Shown one piece after another: positions 1-8,317 of a stretch of DNA of 24,000 nucleotides. Origin of the DNA: an uncultured Methanospirillum sp. (GTDB lineage Archaea > Halobacteriota > Methanomicrobia > Methanomicrobiales > Methanospirillaceae); NCBI GenBank assembly GCA_964461885.1, contig CAYWVY010000002.1:5107-29106 (forward strand), written 5' to 3'. The notes beneath the pieces were generated by a model. That model made no database searches. It was given only the letters and a program-made list of their open reading frames with translations, and was not told where the DNA came from. Both the position numbers and the translations under genes were made by a program. Numbering within the stretch: the first letter of the stretch is position 1; the number at the start of each line of letters is the position of its first letter.

Positions 1-1
1 C

Positions 2-175
2 GAGCGGACCCTCGACGACGTAAGCGGCCAGATCGCCGGTGTCGTTGCAGACACGGCCGTCGACCAGCGCCTGCTTGACCGTCTTGTCGGTCGAGGGGTG
101 GAGTTCGTCGCCGCACGTGATTTCTCGGGGGTGATCAAGCGGCCGCTCTCGGTGCGACTGATGAAACTGCCGTAG
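2..175 (+). CDS. 3' end of an unidentified CDS entering from upstream (last 57 codons: ...GRGVEFVAARDFSGVIKRPLSVRLMKLP*)
   Basis: The frame is open from the window edge to TAG at 173-175, with mostly G/C third positions. The equally open antisense frame has no ATG/GTG/TTG after its last stop, so the + frame is preferred. No family recognised. Confidence 0.4.
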   Translation, partial: ERTLDDVSGQIAGVVADTAVDQRLLDRLVGRGVEFVAARDFSGVIKRPLSVRLMKLP

Positions 176-228
176 AAGCGAGTATATTTTTATGATGCGA
201 CTTCCATTTTAATCTGCGGAGAGGGATT

Positions 229-525
229 ATGCACAAGGACGAATTGATCACTCTGCATCAGATGCTCTCGGAGATCAAGGAGTACTTCGAGGCAACAAGT
301 CCTGGCCTGCACTTCTCCCAGTACGACGCACTCAGGATCACGCCGACGCAGGGCCACAAGAGCAAGCTCGAGCACAAGTACGCCATCTTCGTACTCGGCT
401 CGGAGATCGCGAACGCGATGCGGACCGTGGAGTTTTCGGCGTCGGACCGGATCTCGGCAAGAATGAAGGAACTGGCCGAGAAGACCATGAAGGAGATAGA
501 CCTCCTCCAGCAGCACCAGCAATAA
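229..525 (+). CDS. Small conserved archaeal protein, UPF0058-like (98 aa)
   Basis: ORF track. The N-terminus MHKDELITLHQML resembles my recollection of the UPF0058 family. GGAGAGGG lies upstream of the ATG, and a TATA-like GTATATTTTTAT lies at about 181-192. Confidence 0.65.
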   Translation: MHKDELITLHQMLSEIKEYFEATSPGLHFSQYDALRITPTQGHKSKLEHKYAIFVLGSEIANAMRTVEFSASDRISARMKELAEKTMKEIDLLQQHQQ

Positions 526-535
526 GTTCGTTTTT

Positions 536-1081
536 ATGTCGCACGACATTCCCACCATCGACGACGCCGTTGGGCCCCTCCTCGATACCCTCCGCGAAGG
601 GCCGGATCCCGCCACCCGGGCCTTCGCCGCCCTGACTCTCGCACAATGCAACCGTCCCGTGGTCGTTCCCGCACTGATCGCGGCCCTCACGGATCCGGAT
701 AAGGTCGTCCGCGCAGCGGCGGCCCGTGCCCTTGCCGGCCTGGGGCCGGAGGCGGTGTCCGCCCTTATCGCAGTGCTCGGCGATCCGTCATGGGTTGTGC
801 GCTATCGTGCAGCCGAAGCCCTCGGGGGCATCCGAGACCCCCGTGTGCCCCCTGTGCTCGTCGCCCTGCTCGAGGACGAGAAGGACCATGTCCGGTACAT
901 GGCCGCAAAGGGGTTCGGGGTCGATCCCGCTTCGGCTGCGATCGATCCGCTCCTCAGGCGCCTCGATGACGAGAACCCGTTCGTCCGGCGCATGGCCGCG
1001 CAAGCGCTCAGGAACGCTGCGGCACATGTCGGCGGAGCGGAAACGGCACGGATCCAGTCCGCGCTCGGCAGCCTGGATTGA
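536..1081 (+). CDS. HEAT-repeat (PBS-lyase type) protein
   Basis: Repeated units of the form DPDKVVRAAAARALAGLG / DPSWVVRYRAAEALGGI / DEKDHVRYMAAKGFG / DENPFVRRMAAQALRN. It starts 10 nt after the upstream stop, so it is probably co-transcribed. Confidence 0.85.
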   Translation: MSHDIPTIDDAVGPLLDTLREGPDPATRAFAALTLAQCNRPVVVPALIAALTDPDKVVRAAAARALAGLGPEAVSALIAVLGDPSWVVRYRAAEALGGIRDPRVPPVLVALLEDEKDHVRYMAAKGFGVDPASAAIDPLLRRLDDENPFVRRMAAQALRNAAAHVGGAETARIQSALGSLD

Positions 1082-1858
1082 TCAGAGAACCGCGAGCCGC
1101 TGCCAGTACGGATCGCAATCTCCCCGGCAGAACCCGCCGATCCTGAGATTATCGGGATCCAGGACCTCGAGGGCCGCTGTGACCTCCTCCTCTACAGGAT
1201 CGACAAGGTACACGGGACGGCGCCCGAACTGGTCAACCAGGCCCGCGAGCTCGGTCACGCGCCTACCTGGAAGCACGAACGCGCGCTGGTGGTCGAGCAG
1301 GACATCGAGCGTGTCCGGCCCGGCGTCAGGACAGTAGAAGAACGTGAGGGGCGAGGCGAGCTCCTCGAGCTCGTCGTCTGCCGGGGACGAAGTGAGCAGG
1401 ACGTGACCAGCGGCGCCGGCGTCGCGCATCGCACGCATCAGGCTGCCGCAGACGTCACGAATGGCCGCACCCGCCTCAGCCTCATCGCCAAAGTGGCGGT
1501 CGATGATGCCGAGCGCCGACGGCGCCGGCATCGCCGCGAACGGGGCCCGCGCCTCCGCCGCGATCGCACGGGCGTCCATGCCCAGTGCGACGGGCTCGGG
1601 GAACGGGGCGTCCCGGAGAACCCCGCCCCGGACTCCCCCGATCGCCGAAAGCCAGCGATCGCCGTAGAAGACGCCGCCCGCCGCGACGACCCCTATCCCC
1701 GCCGCCACCTGGGGCCGAAGCGTCTCGAGCAGGCGGAACGTGGTCAGATCGGCCTCGATACCGGGCCGTTCCCGGAGGCGCTCCGTGAGCCGCGATAGGG
1801 GCGGGATCGGGGTTTCTCCGCCGAACCCTCGCGTTTCAAGCCGTTGTCGTGTCGCCAT
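1082..1858 (-). CDS. Hypothetical soluble protein (258 aa), no family recognised
   Basis: Long ORF with coding-like composition and no TM segments. It is divergent from metG. The C-terminus carries CRGDCDPYW. No motif I can name. Confidence 0.65.
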   Translation of the reverse strand: MATRQRLETRGFGGETPIPPLSRLTERLRERPGIEADLTTFRLLETLRPQVAAGIGVVAAGGVFYGDRWLSAIGGVRGGVLRDAPFPEPVALGMDARAIAAEARAPFAAMPAPSALGIIDRHFGDEAEAGAAIRDVCGSLMRAMRDAGAAGHVLLTSSPADDELEELASPLTFFYCPDAGPDTLDVLLDHQRAFVLPGRRVTELAGLVDQFGRRPVYLVDPVEEEVTAALEVLDPDNLRIGGFCRGDCDPYWQRLAVL

Positions 1859-1868
1859 CCGCCCGTAC

Positions 1869-1876
1869 TATATATC
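1869..1876 (+). promoter_or_regulatory. TATA box candidate for metG (TATATATC), ending 24 nt before the ATG, which implies a leaderless or near-leaderless mRNA
   Basis: This is the only AT-rich element in the 41-bp divergent spacer on this strand, and its spacing fits the archaeal TATA-to-TSS distance. Confidence 0.45.
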
Positions 1877-1899
1877 CGATCGCCCTCAAAAAGCTCTGC

Positions 1900-3900
1900 A
1901 TGAGCGATGCGCCCCGGCTCGTAACCTGCGGCCTCCCGTACACGAACGGTTCGTGCCATCTCGGCCACCTTCGCACGTACGTGCCGGCGGACATGTACGT
2001 CCGCTATCGCCGCCATCGCGGTGAAGAGATGGTCTTCGTCTGCGGCTCGGACAACCACGGCACGCCGATCGTCGTCAGCGCCGAGGCCGAGGGCACAAGC
2101 CCGGCCGAGCTCAGCCGCCGCTATCACGAGCACTTCGACAGCACCTTCCATCGGATGAACGTCGTCTTCGACCACTTCGGCATGACCGACGACGAGACCA
2201 ACCACCGGCGGACGCAGACGATCGTGCGGCGGCTCGAAGAGAACGGCCACGTCTACGCGGAACGGATCGAACAGAGTTACTGTCCGACCTGCCGGCGGTT
2301 TCTGCCCGACCGCTACGTCAAGGGCCTCTGCCCCCACTGCGGGGCCGAGGCTCGCGGCGATGAGTGCGATCAGGGCTGCGGCAAACACCTCGAGCCCGGC
2401 GAGATCCGGGAGCCGGTCTGCACGGTCTGCGGCACAAAGGCCGAACTCCGCGAGCAGGAGCACTTCTTCTTCCGGCTCTCCACCTTCGGGCCGTTCCTTC
2501 TCGAGCACCTCGAACAGCTGAAGGGCACCGCGAACGCCCGCAACTACGCGCTCGGCTGGGTCCGCGACGGCCTCAGGGACTGGTGCATCACGCGCACACT
2601 CGACTGGGGCGTCAAGTACCCCGGTCGCGATGACCTCGTAGTCTACGTCTGGGTCGATGCGCCGATCGGCTACATCGCGTTCACCGAGGAATGGGCCGCC
2701 GCGCACGGAAAAGACTGGCGGCGGTACTGGTGTGGCGACGGGGAGATCACCCACTTCATCGGCGGTGACATCACCTACCACCACTGTATCTTCTGGCCCG
2801 CCCTGCTGAAAGGAGCCGGTTACGGCCTGCCGAGCGCAGTCGTCGCCTCGGGGATGCTCAAGGTCGACGACCACAAGTTCTCGAAGTCGCGGGGCTACGT
2901 CGTCTGGACGAACGAGGACTACCTCGACCTCGGGCTCCCGGCCGACTGCCTCCGGTACTACCTTATCGCTTCCACGAGCCACACGCGGGAGCTGAACTTC
3001 TCCTGGCGCGCCTTCGCGGACCGGGTCAACAACGAGCTCGTCAACACCTTCGGCAACTTCGTCCACCGGACCCTGCACTTCGCCCACACGCAGTTCGGCG
3101 GGATCCCTGCGGTGGCGGCGAGCGTGCCCGTCCTGGCCGCGATCGAGGAGGCCCGCGCAGCCATCGACGAGGCGATGACCGCGTACGAGTTCAAGAACGC
3201 GGTCGATGCGGTGATGGCACTCGCCGCCCACGGCAACAACCTGATCCAGGCGAACGCCCCGTGGAAGCTCGTGAAGACCGACCCGGCAGCCGCCGCGCAG
3301 GTGATCGCGGACGCGCTCCAGCTCACGAAGGCGCTCGCCCTTCTGATCGACCCGGTGATGCCCGAGACAGCCGGCCGCATCTGGCGCATGCTCGGCCAGC
3401 CGGGCGAGGTCGCGGACCACCTTCTTGACGAGACCACTGTGCTCCTCGCACCCGCGCCGCTCGCGCTTCCAACGCCGCTCTTCGCGCGGCTTGAGGAGAA
3501 GCGGGTAACCGAGCTCGAAGCCCTGCTCGCCGCGCGCGTGGCCGAGGCCGAACGGCGTGCCGCGTGCGCCACGTCGCCGGAGGCCCCGCTCACGATCGAC
3601 GAGTTCAGCCGCATGGAGCTCGTGGTGGGCCGTGTCCTCCAGGCCGAACCGATCAGGAAGTCGAAGAAGCTCCTCCGGCTCGTGGTGGATATCGGAAAAG
3701 AGGAACGGCAGATCGTCAGCGGGATTGCCGGATTCTACGCACCCGAGGAGCTCGTCGGCCGGGACGTGGTCGTGATCGCGAACCTCGCGCCTGCGACCCT
3801 CTTCGGGGTCGAGAGCCGCGGGATGATACTCGCTGCCGGCGACGAGGCATCCCTGCTCGTGCCGCTCCGTCCCGTCGAGCCGGGAACGACAGTCAGGTAG
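1900..3900 (+). CDS. metG: Methionyl-tRNA synthetase with C-terminal tRNA-binding (Trbp111/EMAP-like) domain
   Basis: Class I signature PYTNGSCHLGHL. Zinc knuckles CPTC...CPHCG...CDQGCG...CTVCG. KMSKS-type FSKSRG. C-terminal VVGRVLQAEPIRKSKKLLRLVVDIG. The start is moved to ATG 1900 (MSDAPRLV...), which removes the overlap with the divergent gene and sits 24 nt after TATATATC. Confidence 0.95.
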   Translation: MSDAPRLVTCGLPYTNGSCHLGHLRTYVPADMYVRYRRHRGEEMVFVCGSDNHGTPIVVSAEAEGTSPAELSRRYHEHFDSTFHRMNVVFDHFGMTDDETNHRRTQTIVRRLEENGHVYAERIEQSYCPTCRRFLPDRYVKGLCPHCGAEARGDECDQGCGKHLEPGEIREPVCTVCGTKAELREQEHFFFRLSTFGPFLLEHLEQLKGTANARNYALGWVRDGLRDWCITRTLDWGVKYPGRDDLVVYVWVDAPIGYIAFTEEWAAAHGKDWRRYWCGDGEITHFIGGDITYHHCIFWPALLKGAGYGLPSAVVASGMLKVDDHKFSKSRGYVVWTNEDYLDLGLPADCLRYYLIASTSHTRELNFSWRAFADRVNNELVNTFGNFVHRTLHFAHTQFGGIPAVAASVPVLAAIEEARAAIDEAMTAYEFKNAVDAVMALAAHGNNLIQANAPWKLVKTDPAAAAQVIADALQLTKALALLIDPVMPETAGRIWRMLGQPGEVADHLLDETTVLLAPAPLALPTPLFARLEEKRVTELEALLAARVAEAERRAACATSPEAPLTIDEFSRMELVVGRVLQAEPIRKSKKLLRLVVDIGKEERQIVSGIAGFYAPEELVGRDVVVIANLAPATLFGVESRGMILAAGDEASLLVPLRPVEPGTTVR

Positions 3901-3907
3901 TAGAGAG

Positions 3908-3982
3908 CGGGCCTGGGGGGATTCGAACCCCCGACATCCGGGTTAGAAGCCCGGCGCTCTATCCGGGCTAAGCCACAGGCCC
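3908..3982 (-). tRNA. tRNA-Arg (anticodon TCT)
   Basis: The reverse complement folds as a 75-nt cloverleaf. Acceptor GGGCCTG/CAGGCCC, anticodon stem CCGGG/CCCGG with loop CTTCTAA, T arm GGGGG-TTCGAAT-CCCCC, discriminator G. No encoded CCA. Confidence 0.9.
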
Positions 3983-4010
3983 GTGAGGGATCTCTGTACG
4001 ACGGCGCGCC

Positions 4011-4018
4011 TAATCAAA
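4011..4018 (-). promoter_or_regulatory. TATA-like TTTGATTA upstream of tRNA-Arg
   Basis: It lies 29-36 nt upstream of the mature tRNA 5' end on the minus strand. Confidence 0.4.
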
Positions 4019-4041
4019 CCGTCGAATGGGAAAAAGGGTGA

Positions 4042-4434
4042 TCAGCCGGCGTGGGCACACGAGCCCTTGACCACATCGACTTTTGTCGGCCCGAAGCTGT
4101 CGCGGATGAAGACGCCTTTGACCATCGAATCCGCGCAGTACCGGACCTGGATTCGAACTGCGGTCCGCTCCCGCTCCTCGAAGTGGGAACCGTGCGAGAA
4201 CTCGATGATCCGTTTCATCGAGACCCCGATCGTGAGCACGTCGGCCATGATGCCGCGGTCTCCCGGGGAGAGGTCGTCGGGGTCCACGTTCGTCATGAAG
4301 ATATGGTCGCCTGGACCGACGTTCGCTATCGTGATCACGTTGTGAGCCGACTGGACTTCCAGAGTCCGCGGCAACCCCCGCTTGAGTTCCCGGAGGATCT
4401 CGGGGGAGAGGCTGGTGAGAGCAGGTACCTCCAT
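4042..4434 (-). CDS. Small conserved hypothetical protein (130 aa), co-operonic with PAC2
   Basis: This is the C-terminal part of the 211-aa track ORF. The internal ATG at 4434 (MEVPALTSLSPEILRELK...) lies 5 nt after the PAC2 stop and is preceded by GGGTGAT (SD-like). The upstream part of the track ORF overlaps PAC2 and is Arg/Pro-rich junk. Confidence 0.65.
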   Translation of the reverse strand: MEVPALTSLSPEILRELKRGLPRTLEVQSAHNVITIANVGPGDHIFMTNVDPDDLSPGDRGIMADVLTIGVSMKRIIEFSHGSHFEERERTAVRIQVRYCADSMVKGVFIRDSFGPTKVDVVKGSCAHAG

Positions 4435-4439
4435 CACGA

Positions 4440-5168
4440 TCACCCGTACATCGGAAGGTTCTCGCGTTTCTGCGAGCCCTCGGTCGACTGGACCTCCTCG
4501 GAGAGGCGATGCATGGTCGCCTCGATCTCCTCGGCCTGGTCGAGCAGGGGCTGCATGTCTACACTCAGGCCGTACATCTGGTTCAGTACGCCGAGCGCGG
4601 CTGCTGCGGCTCTCGGATCGGGCGCGTTGACCGTTTCGCCGAGGAGGCCGATCCCCGGGATTCCGCGGACCTTGCATTCGGTCAGGAGTGAGGACGCGAT
4701 CCCCGAGATCGAGCCGACCGGGAGGAACTGGGTCAGGTCTTTGATCCGCTCGAGAATCTCCTCGGTGGTTGCCACGCCGAAGACCCGCTTCTCGGTCTCG
4801 TTCGTGACAACCCCCGCGAGGGCGACCACCTCCTTCGGATGGTACGGATCGAGCCAGTCCATGATCCCGTTCGCGACCTCGTAGCAGATCATCGGGTGGA
4901 CCGGGATGTCGGCCACGATCGCAACGAGCGGGGGTTTCTCGTAGATCCGCACCGGGACGTTCACCAGTCCCTTGGCCATCATCGCGAACGGCGGGAAGTA
5001 CTTGCTGGTCATGGTCCCGATGAGCGAGAACTCGAGCTGGTCGACCATGTATTGGAGCGCAATCGAGCCGACGAGACCGCTCCCGGGAAAGCCCATCAGG
5101 ACGGTCGGAGTCTCGCCCTCCAGCGGCTTGGCCATGATCTTGATGTCGGTTGACGTGTCTGGGGGCAT
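4440..5168 (-). CDS. PAC2 (proteasome assembly chaperone 2 / archaeal ATP-grasp-like) family protein
   Basis: VLMGFPGSGLVGSIALQYMVDQL is the typical N-terminal PAC2 motif. The start is set at ATG 5168 (MPPDTSTD...), and the 23 codons upstream look non-coding. Confidence 0.8.
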   Translation of the reverse strand: MPPDTSTDIKIMAKPLEGETPTVLMGFPGSGLVGSIALQYMVDQLEFSLIGTMTSKYFPPFAMMAKGLVNVPVRIYEKPPLVAIVADIPVHPMICYEVANGIMDWLDPYHPKEVVALAGVVTNETEKRVFGVATTEEILERIKDLTQFLPVGSISGIASSLLTECKVRGIPGIGLLGETVNAPDPRAAAAALGVLNQMYGLSVDMQPLLDQAEEIEATMHRLSEEVQSTEGSQKRENLPMYG

Positions 5169-5202
5169 CAAGTTAACATAGAGTATCTCCCTAAAAAGTA
5201 TT

Positions 5203-5523
5203 ATGGAAGAGTTCGAGGTCAAACGTGGATCGACCAAGGATCTTGCCAGCCGGATCCCGATCGAACTTTCCCGCCACTTCGGGTGCGAAGCCGATTCCGT
5301 CGGGGACGGCTACGCGATCGCCTACGGTGCAATCCGCAGGCTTGTCGCGACGCCCGGCCCGGAGGGAAAGACACTCCGTGTCGAGATCGAGACCGAGGCG
5401 TCCATCGACGACGACGCCCTGATCCTGGATACGATCCGAAAGCGAAACGCATTTCTTGAGGGCGCGACCGGCTTCTCGTCGAAGGAGCGGGTCAAGCGGT
5501 CGAAAAAGAAGGTCGGGACCTGA
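5203..5523 (+). CDS. Small conserved archaeal protein (106 aa) with a Lys-rich tail, DUF5611-like by recollection
   Basis: Clean ORF with balanced coding composition, ending ...KERVKRSKKKVGT. Divergent from PAC2 across a 34-bp spacer. Confidence 0.6.
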   Translation: MEEFEVKRGSTKDLASRIPIELSRHFGCEADSVGDGYAIAYGAIRRLVATPGPEGKTLRVEIETEASIDDDALILDTIRKRNAFLEGATGFSSKERVKRSKKKVGT

Positions 5524-8307
5524 TCACTCGATCGTGATCGCCGGCTTGAAGGGGAGGGCCATGGACGCCTTCGGGTGTCCCGACTCCTCCGCGCCGACCA
5601 CACGCACGGGCAGGCCGATCGCCTGCTCGAGGAACGCACGAGCCCCGGCGAAGACCGCGGCCTCGTCGATCTCGACCTGAAGCAGGTTCTCGACGAGCTC
5701 CGGCGGCAGGCGGTGGATCAGGGTCGTGCACTGCTTTGCCGCGTCGGCCGCCTCCTTACCGCGCTTCCGCATGCCCTCGTCCTGCATCACGAGCCGGACG
5801 GCCGCGTTCCGGTCGTCTGCTGCGGCGATCGTCCGGAAGATCTCCCGTTTCCACGAGGGCGCGACCGCGATCTCGACCGCCGCCGGAGTGATCGGCAGCA
5901 GTTTCAGGATCGATTCCACGTCCTCCACCGTGCGGCTGAGGAGCTCCTCGCCGAGCTCGAGCGCCGGGCGGTCCCGCTCGGAAACGGCCTCGGGCCAGGG
6001 AGCGAATGAGACGAGACCCTCGTTGCCCAGTTCCTGCCAGAGCGTCTCGCAGGTGAACGGGATGAACGGGGCGAGCAGCCGGACCCAGACCGAGCAGAGC
6101 TCGCGGAGCGCTGCCCCGTTCGTGCTCCCCTCGGGCCGGCGCCGCGTGTACCACCGGAGGTCCGCCTCGACCCCGAAGAACGCCTCCTGCAGGGCCTGCC
6201 GGGTCTGGAACGACTCGAGCGCGCCCGTCATCTTCTCGATATGCCGCCGGAGCCGGCTGAGCAGCCACTCGTCGAGGGCGTCCGGCTCGCCTGCTGCCCC
6301 GAGCGCATCGCGAACAGTCGCCTCGAACCGCTCGATCTGCCGCCGTGTCGAGGCGACCAGATCGTTTCGCCAGTCGAAGTCCTGCCAGGGCTCGGCCGAT
6401 CCCATCAGGAACATCCGGACCGTGTCGGCCCCGAACTCGGCGAGCGCGTCCTCGAGCAGGAAGACGTTGCCCTTGGACGACGACATCTTGGCCCCGTTCA
6501 GAAGGCCCATGCCGAAGACGACCATCCCCTTCGGCTGGAGCTCCGGCGGGAAGATCGCCGCGTGGTGGAAGAGCTGGAAGGTCAGGTGGTTCGAGATCAG
6601 GTCCTTGGCCGAGAACCGGTAGTCGTACGGATACCAGGCGAGGAACTCCTCGCGGAGAGGTGCAAGCAGATCCCTGCCGGGTAGCCCGGGGCTCTCGACC
6701 CCGAGGAACAGGTAGTCGAACGCGGCCGGCGTGAGCAGGGCCGGGTCGATCTCGCGTATCCGGTGGGCGACCGTGTAGTAGGCCATGTATATGGTCGAGT
6801 CCGAGAGCGGCTCGATCAGCCAGGTCGGGTCCCAGGGCAGGCGCGTGCCAAGGCCGACGCGTCGGGTAGCGGCCCAGTCCTTGAGCCAGTCGATGGTCCG
6901 GTCGAACTCGGTTCGCACCTCGGGCGGCACGAGTGAGATCCCGGGCAGAACGGCCTTCACCTGGTCCTTCCAGGCCGGGTCTGAGTAGGTCAGGAACCAC
7001 TGGTCGTGGAGGATCTTGACGAAGACGCGGCTCGAGCACCGGCAGATAACGGGTCGGGTGTCGAACTCGTACATCACGGTCGAGCCGTGCTCGGCGCAGA
7101 GAAACTCGCCGACGGCGTCCCGGGCCTCGCGCACGGTTGCGCCGCCGAGCCGTTCGTGGAGCCGCCCTTTCGAGAACTCGGCGCTGTAGACCTCCTGGGT
7201 CAGTGCGTCCATCCGCGTGTCGTGCTGGTTCGTGACCTTCGCCCGCTCGATCGCGTCCCGTGCCGGGCACTCGCCCCAGCCCTCGACAGTGATCAGGGGC
7301 TTCGGAATGAGGTCTGTGTACCGCCCCTCCTGCTGGAGGTCGCGGAGTGCGACGTAATCGAACGGCGCATGCGCCGGCACGGACATCACGACACCGGTCG
7401 CCATCTCGGGATCGACGAACGCCGCGGGCAGGATCGGGACCTCGCCCGCGAGCGGGTGGGTGACCGTCTGGTCCACGAGTGTGGTGCCGGGGACCTCCTC
7501 CAGGATCCGGACCTCGTGGTCCTGGAGCGCGAGCTTCTCCGCCGCTTCGCGCGAGACGAGCCATGCCTCGCCGTCGACCTCTGCCCGGACGTACGTCACG
7601 TCCGGGTTCACCCAGAGGTTGGTGACACCGTAGACGGTCTCCGGCCGGAGAGTCGCCGTCGGCACGAGGGTCTCGCCCCAGCGGAACATCACGAGGACGA
7701 ACCGGATCACCTCGGCCTTGTCACCTTCGAGGAGGTCGTGATCGCCGACCGGGTTGTCGCAGAGCGGGCAGTACCGGACGGGGTGAGCCCCGCGGACCAC
7801 GTAGCCTTTCTCGAACAGCCGGCCGAACTGCCACTCGATGAACTTGCTGTAGTGGGGGTCCACGGTCGTGAATCGCCGCCGCCAGTCGATCGAAAGGCCG
7901 GCCATCCGCATCACGCGCTCGTACTCGTCCGAGAAGTACCGGACGATCTCGAGCGGGTCCACGAAGCGTTCGAGCACGTCGGGCGGGACGCGGTAGAGGT
8001 CGCGGTAGAGCCGGATAGCGGCCTCATCGCGGTTTGCTATCCGTTTTGATATCCCGATAACGGGCGCGCCGGTCACGTGGAAGGCCATCGGATAGAGGAC
8101 GCGCCGGCCGCGCATCCGCCAGAACCGGGCGATCACGTCGGGAACCAGGTAGGTCCGCCCGTGGCCGACGTGCATCGCGCCCGACGGGTACGGGTACGCG
8201 ACGGTCAGGTAGAACTTCTCCGCGCCTGGCTCGGGATCTGCGGTGAACGAGTCGCCCCACCGCGCCCGTACCGCGGTCTCCATCGACTGCATGTTCTCTC
8301 TCTCCAT
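5524..8307 (-). CDS. leuS: Leucyl-tRNA synthetase (archaeal type)
   Basis: HIGH-type [10 protein letters not shown] and KMSKS-type KMSSSKGN. Length 927 aa. GGAG lies 8 nt upstream of the ATG at 8307, inside the 10-nt gap after the upstream gene. Confidence 0.95.
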   Translation of the reverse strand: MERENMQSMETAVRARWGDSFTADPEPGAEKFYLTVAYPYPSGAMHVGHGRTYLVPDVIARFWRMRGRRVLYPMAFHVTGAPVIGISKRIANRDEAAIRLYRDLYRVPPDVLERFVDPLEIVRYFSDEYERVMRMAGLSIDWRRRFTTVDPHYSKFIEWQFGRLFEKGYVVRGAHPVRYCPLCDNPVGDHDLLEGDKAEVIRFVLVMFRWGETLVPTATLRPETVYGVTNLWVNPDVTYVRAEVDGEAWLVSREAAEKLALQDHEVRILEEVPGTTLVDQTVTHPLAGEVPILPAAFVDPEMATGVVMSVPAHAPFDYVALRDLQQEGRYTDLIPKPLITVEGWGECPARDAIERAKVTNQHDTRMDALTQEVYSAEFSKGRLHERLGGATVREARDAVGEFLCAEHGSTVMYEFDTRPVICRCSSRVFVKILHDQWFLTYSDPAWKDQVKAVLPGISLVPPEVRTEFDRTIDWLKDWAATRRVGLGTRLPWDPTWLIEPLSDSTIYMAYYTVAHRIREIDPALLTPAAFDYLFLGVESPGLPGRDLLAPLREEFLAWYPYDYRFSAKDLISNHLTFQLFHHAAIFPPELQPKGMVVFGMGLLNGAKMSSSKGNVFLLEDALAEFGADTVRMFLMGSAEPWQDFDWRNDLVASTRRQIERFEATVRDALGAAGEPDALDEWLLSRLRRHIEKMTGALESFQTRQALQEAFFGVEADLRWYTRRRPEGSTNGAALRELCSVWVRLLAPFIPFTCETLWQELGNEGLVSFAPWPEAVSERDRPALELGEELLSRTVEDVESILKLLPITPAAVEIAVAPSWKREIFRTIAAADDRNAAVRLVMQDEGMRKRGKEAADAAKQCTTLIHRLPPELVENLLQVEIDEAAVFAGARAFLEQAIGLPVRVVGAEESGHPKASMALPFKPAITIE

Positions 8308-8317
8308 CTGCTCGCTC

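Noticed and set aside
1-180. Minus-strand reading EITCGDELHPSTDKTVKQALVDGRVCNDTGDLAAYVVEGPL as the 5' end of a gene
   Set aside because: It has good GC3, but the frame contains no ATG/GTG/TTG between its upstream TAA and the window edge. The + strand frame ends cleanly upstream of a TATA-like element.
1744-3420. 558-aa minus-strand ORF
   Set aside because: It is antisense to metG, which has unambiguous synthetase motifs. The translation is Arg/Gly/Pro/Val/Asp-rich, as expected for an off-strand frame in GC-rich DNA.
5756-7564. 602-aa minus-strand ORF and several + strand ORFs (5726-6622, 7006-8049) inside leuS
   Set aside because: These are alternative frames or the antisense of leuS. They have Arg/Pro/Gly-dominated low-complexity products and no motifs.
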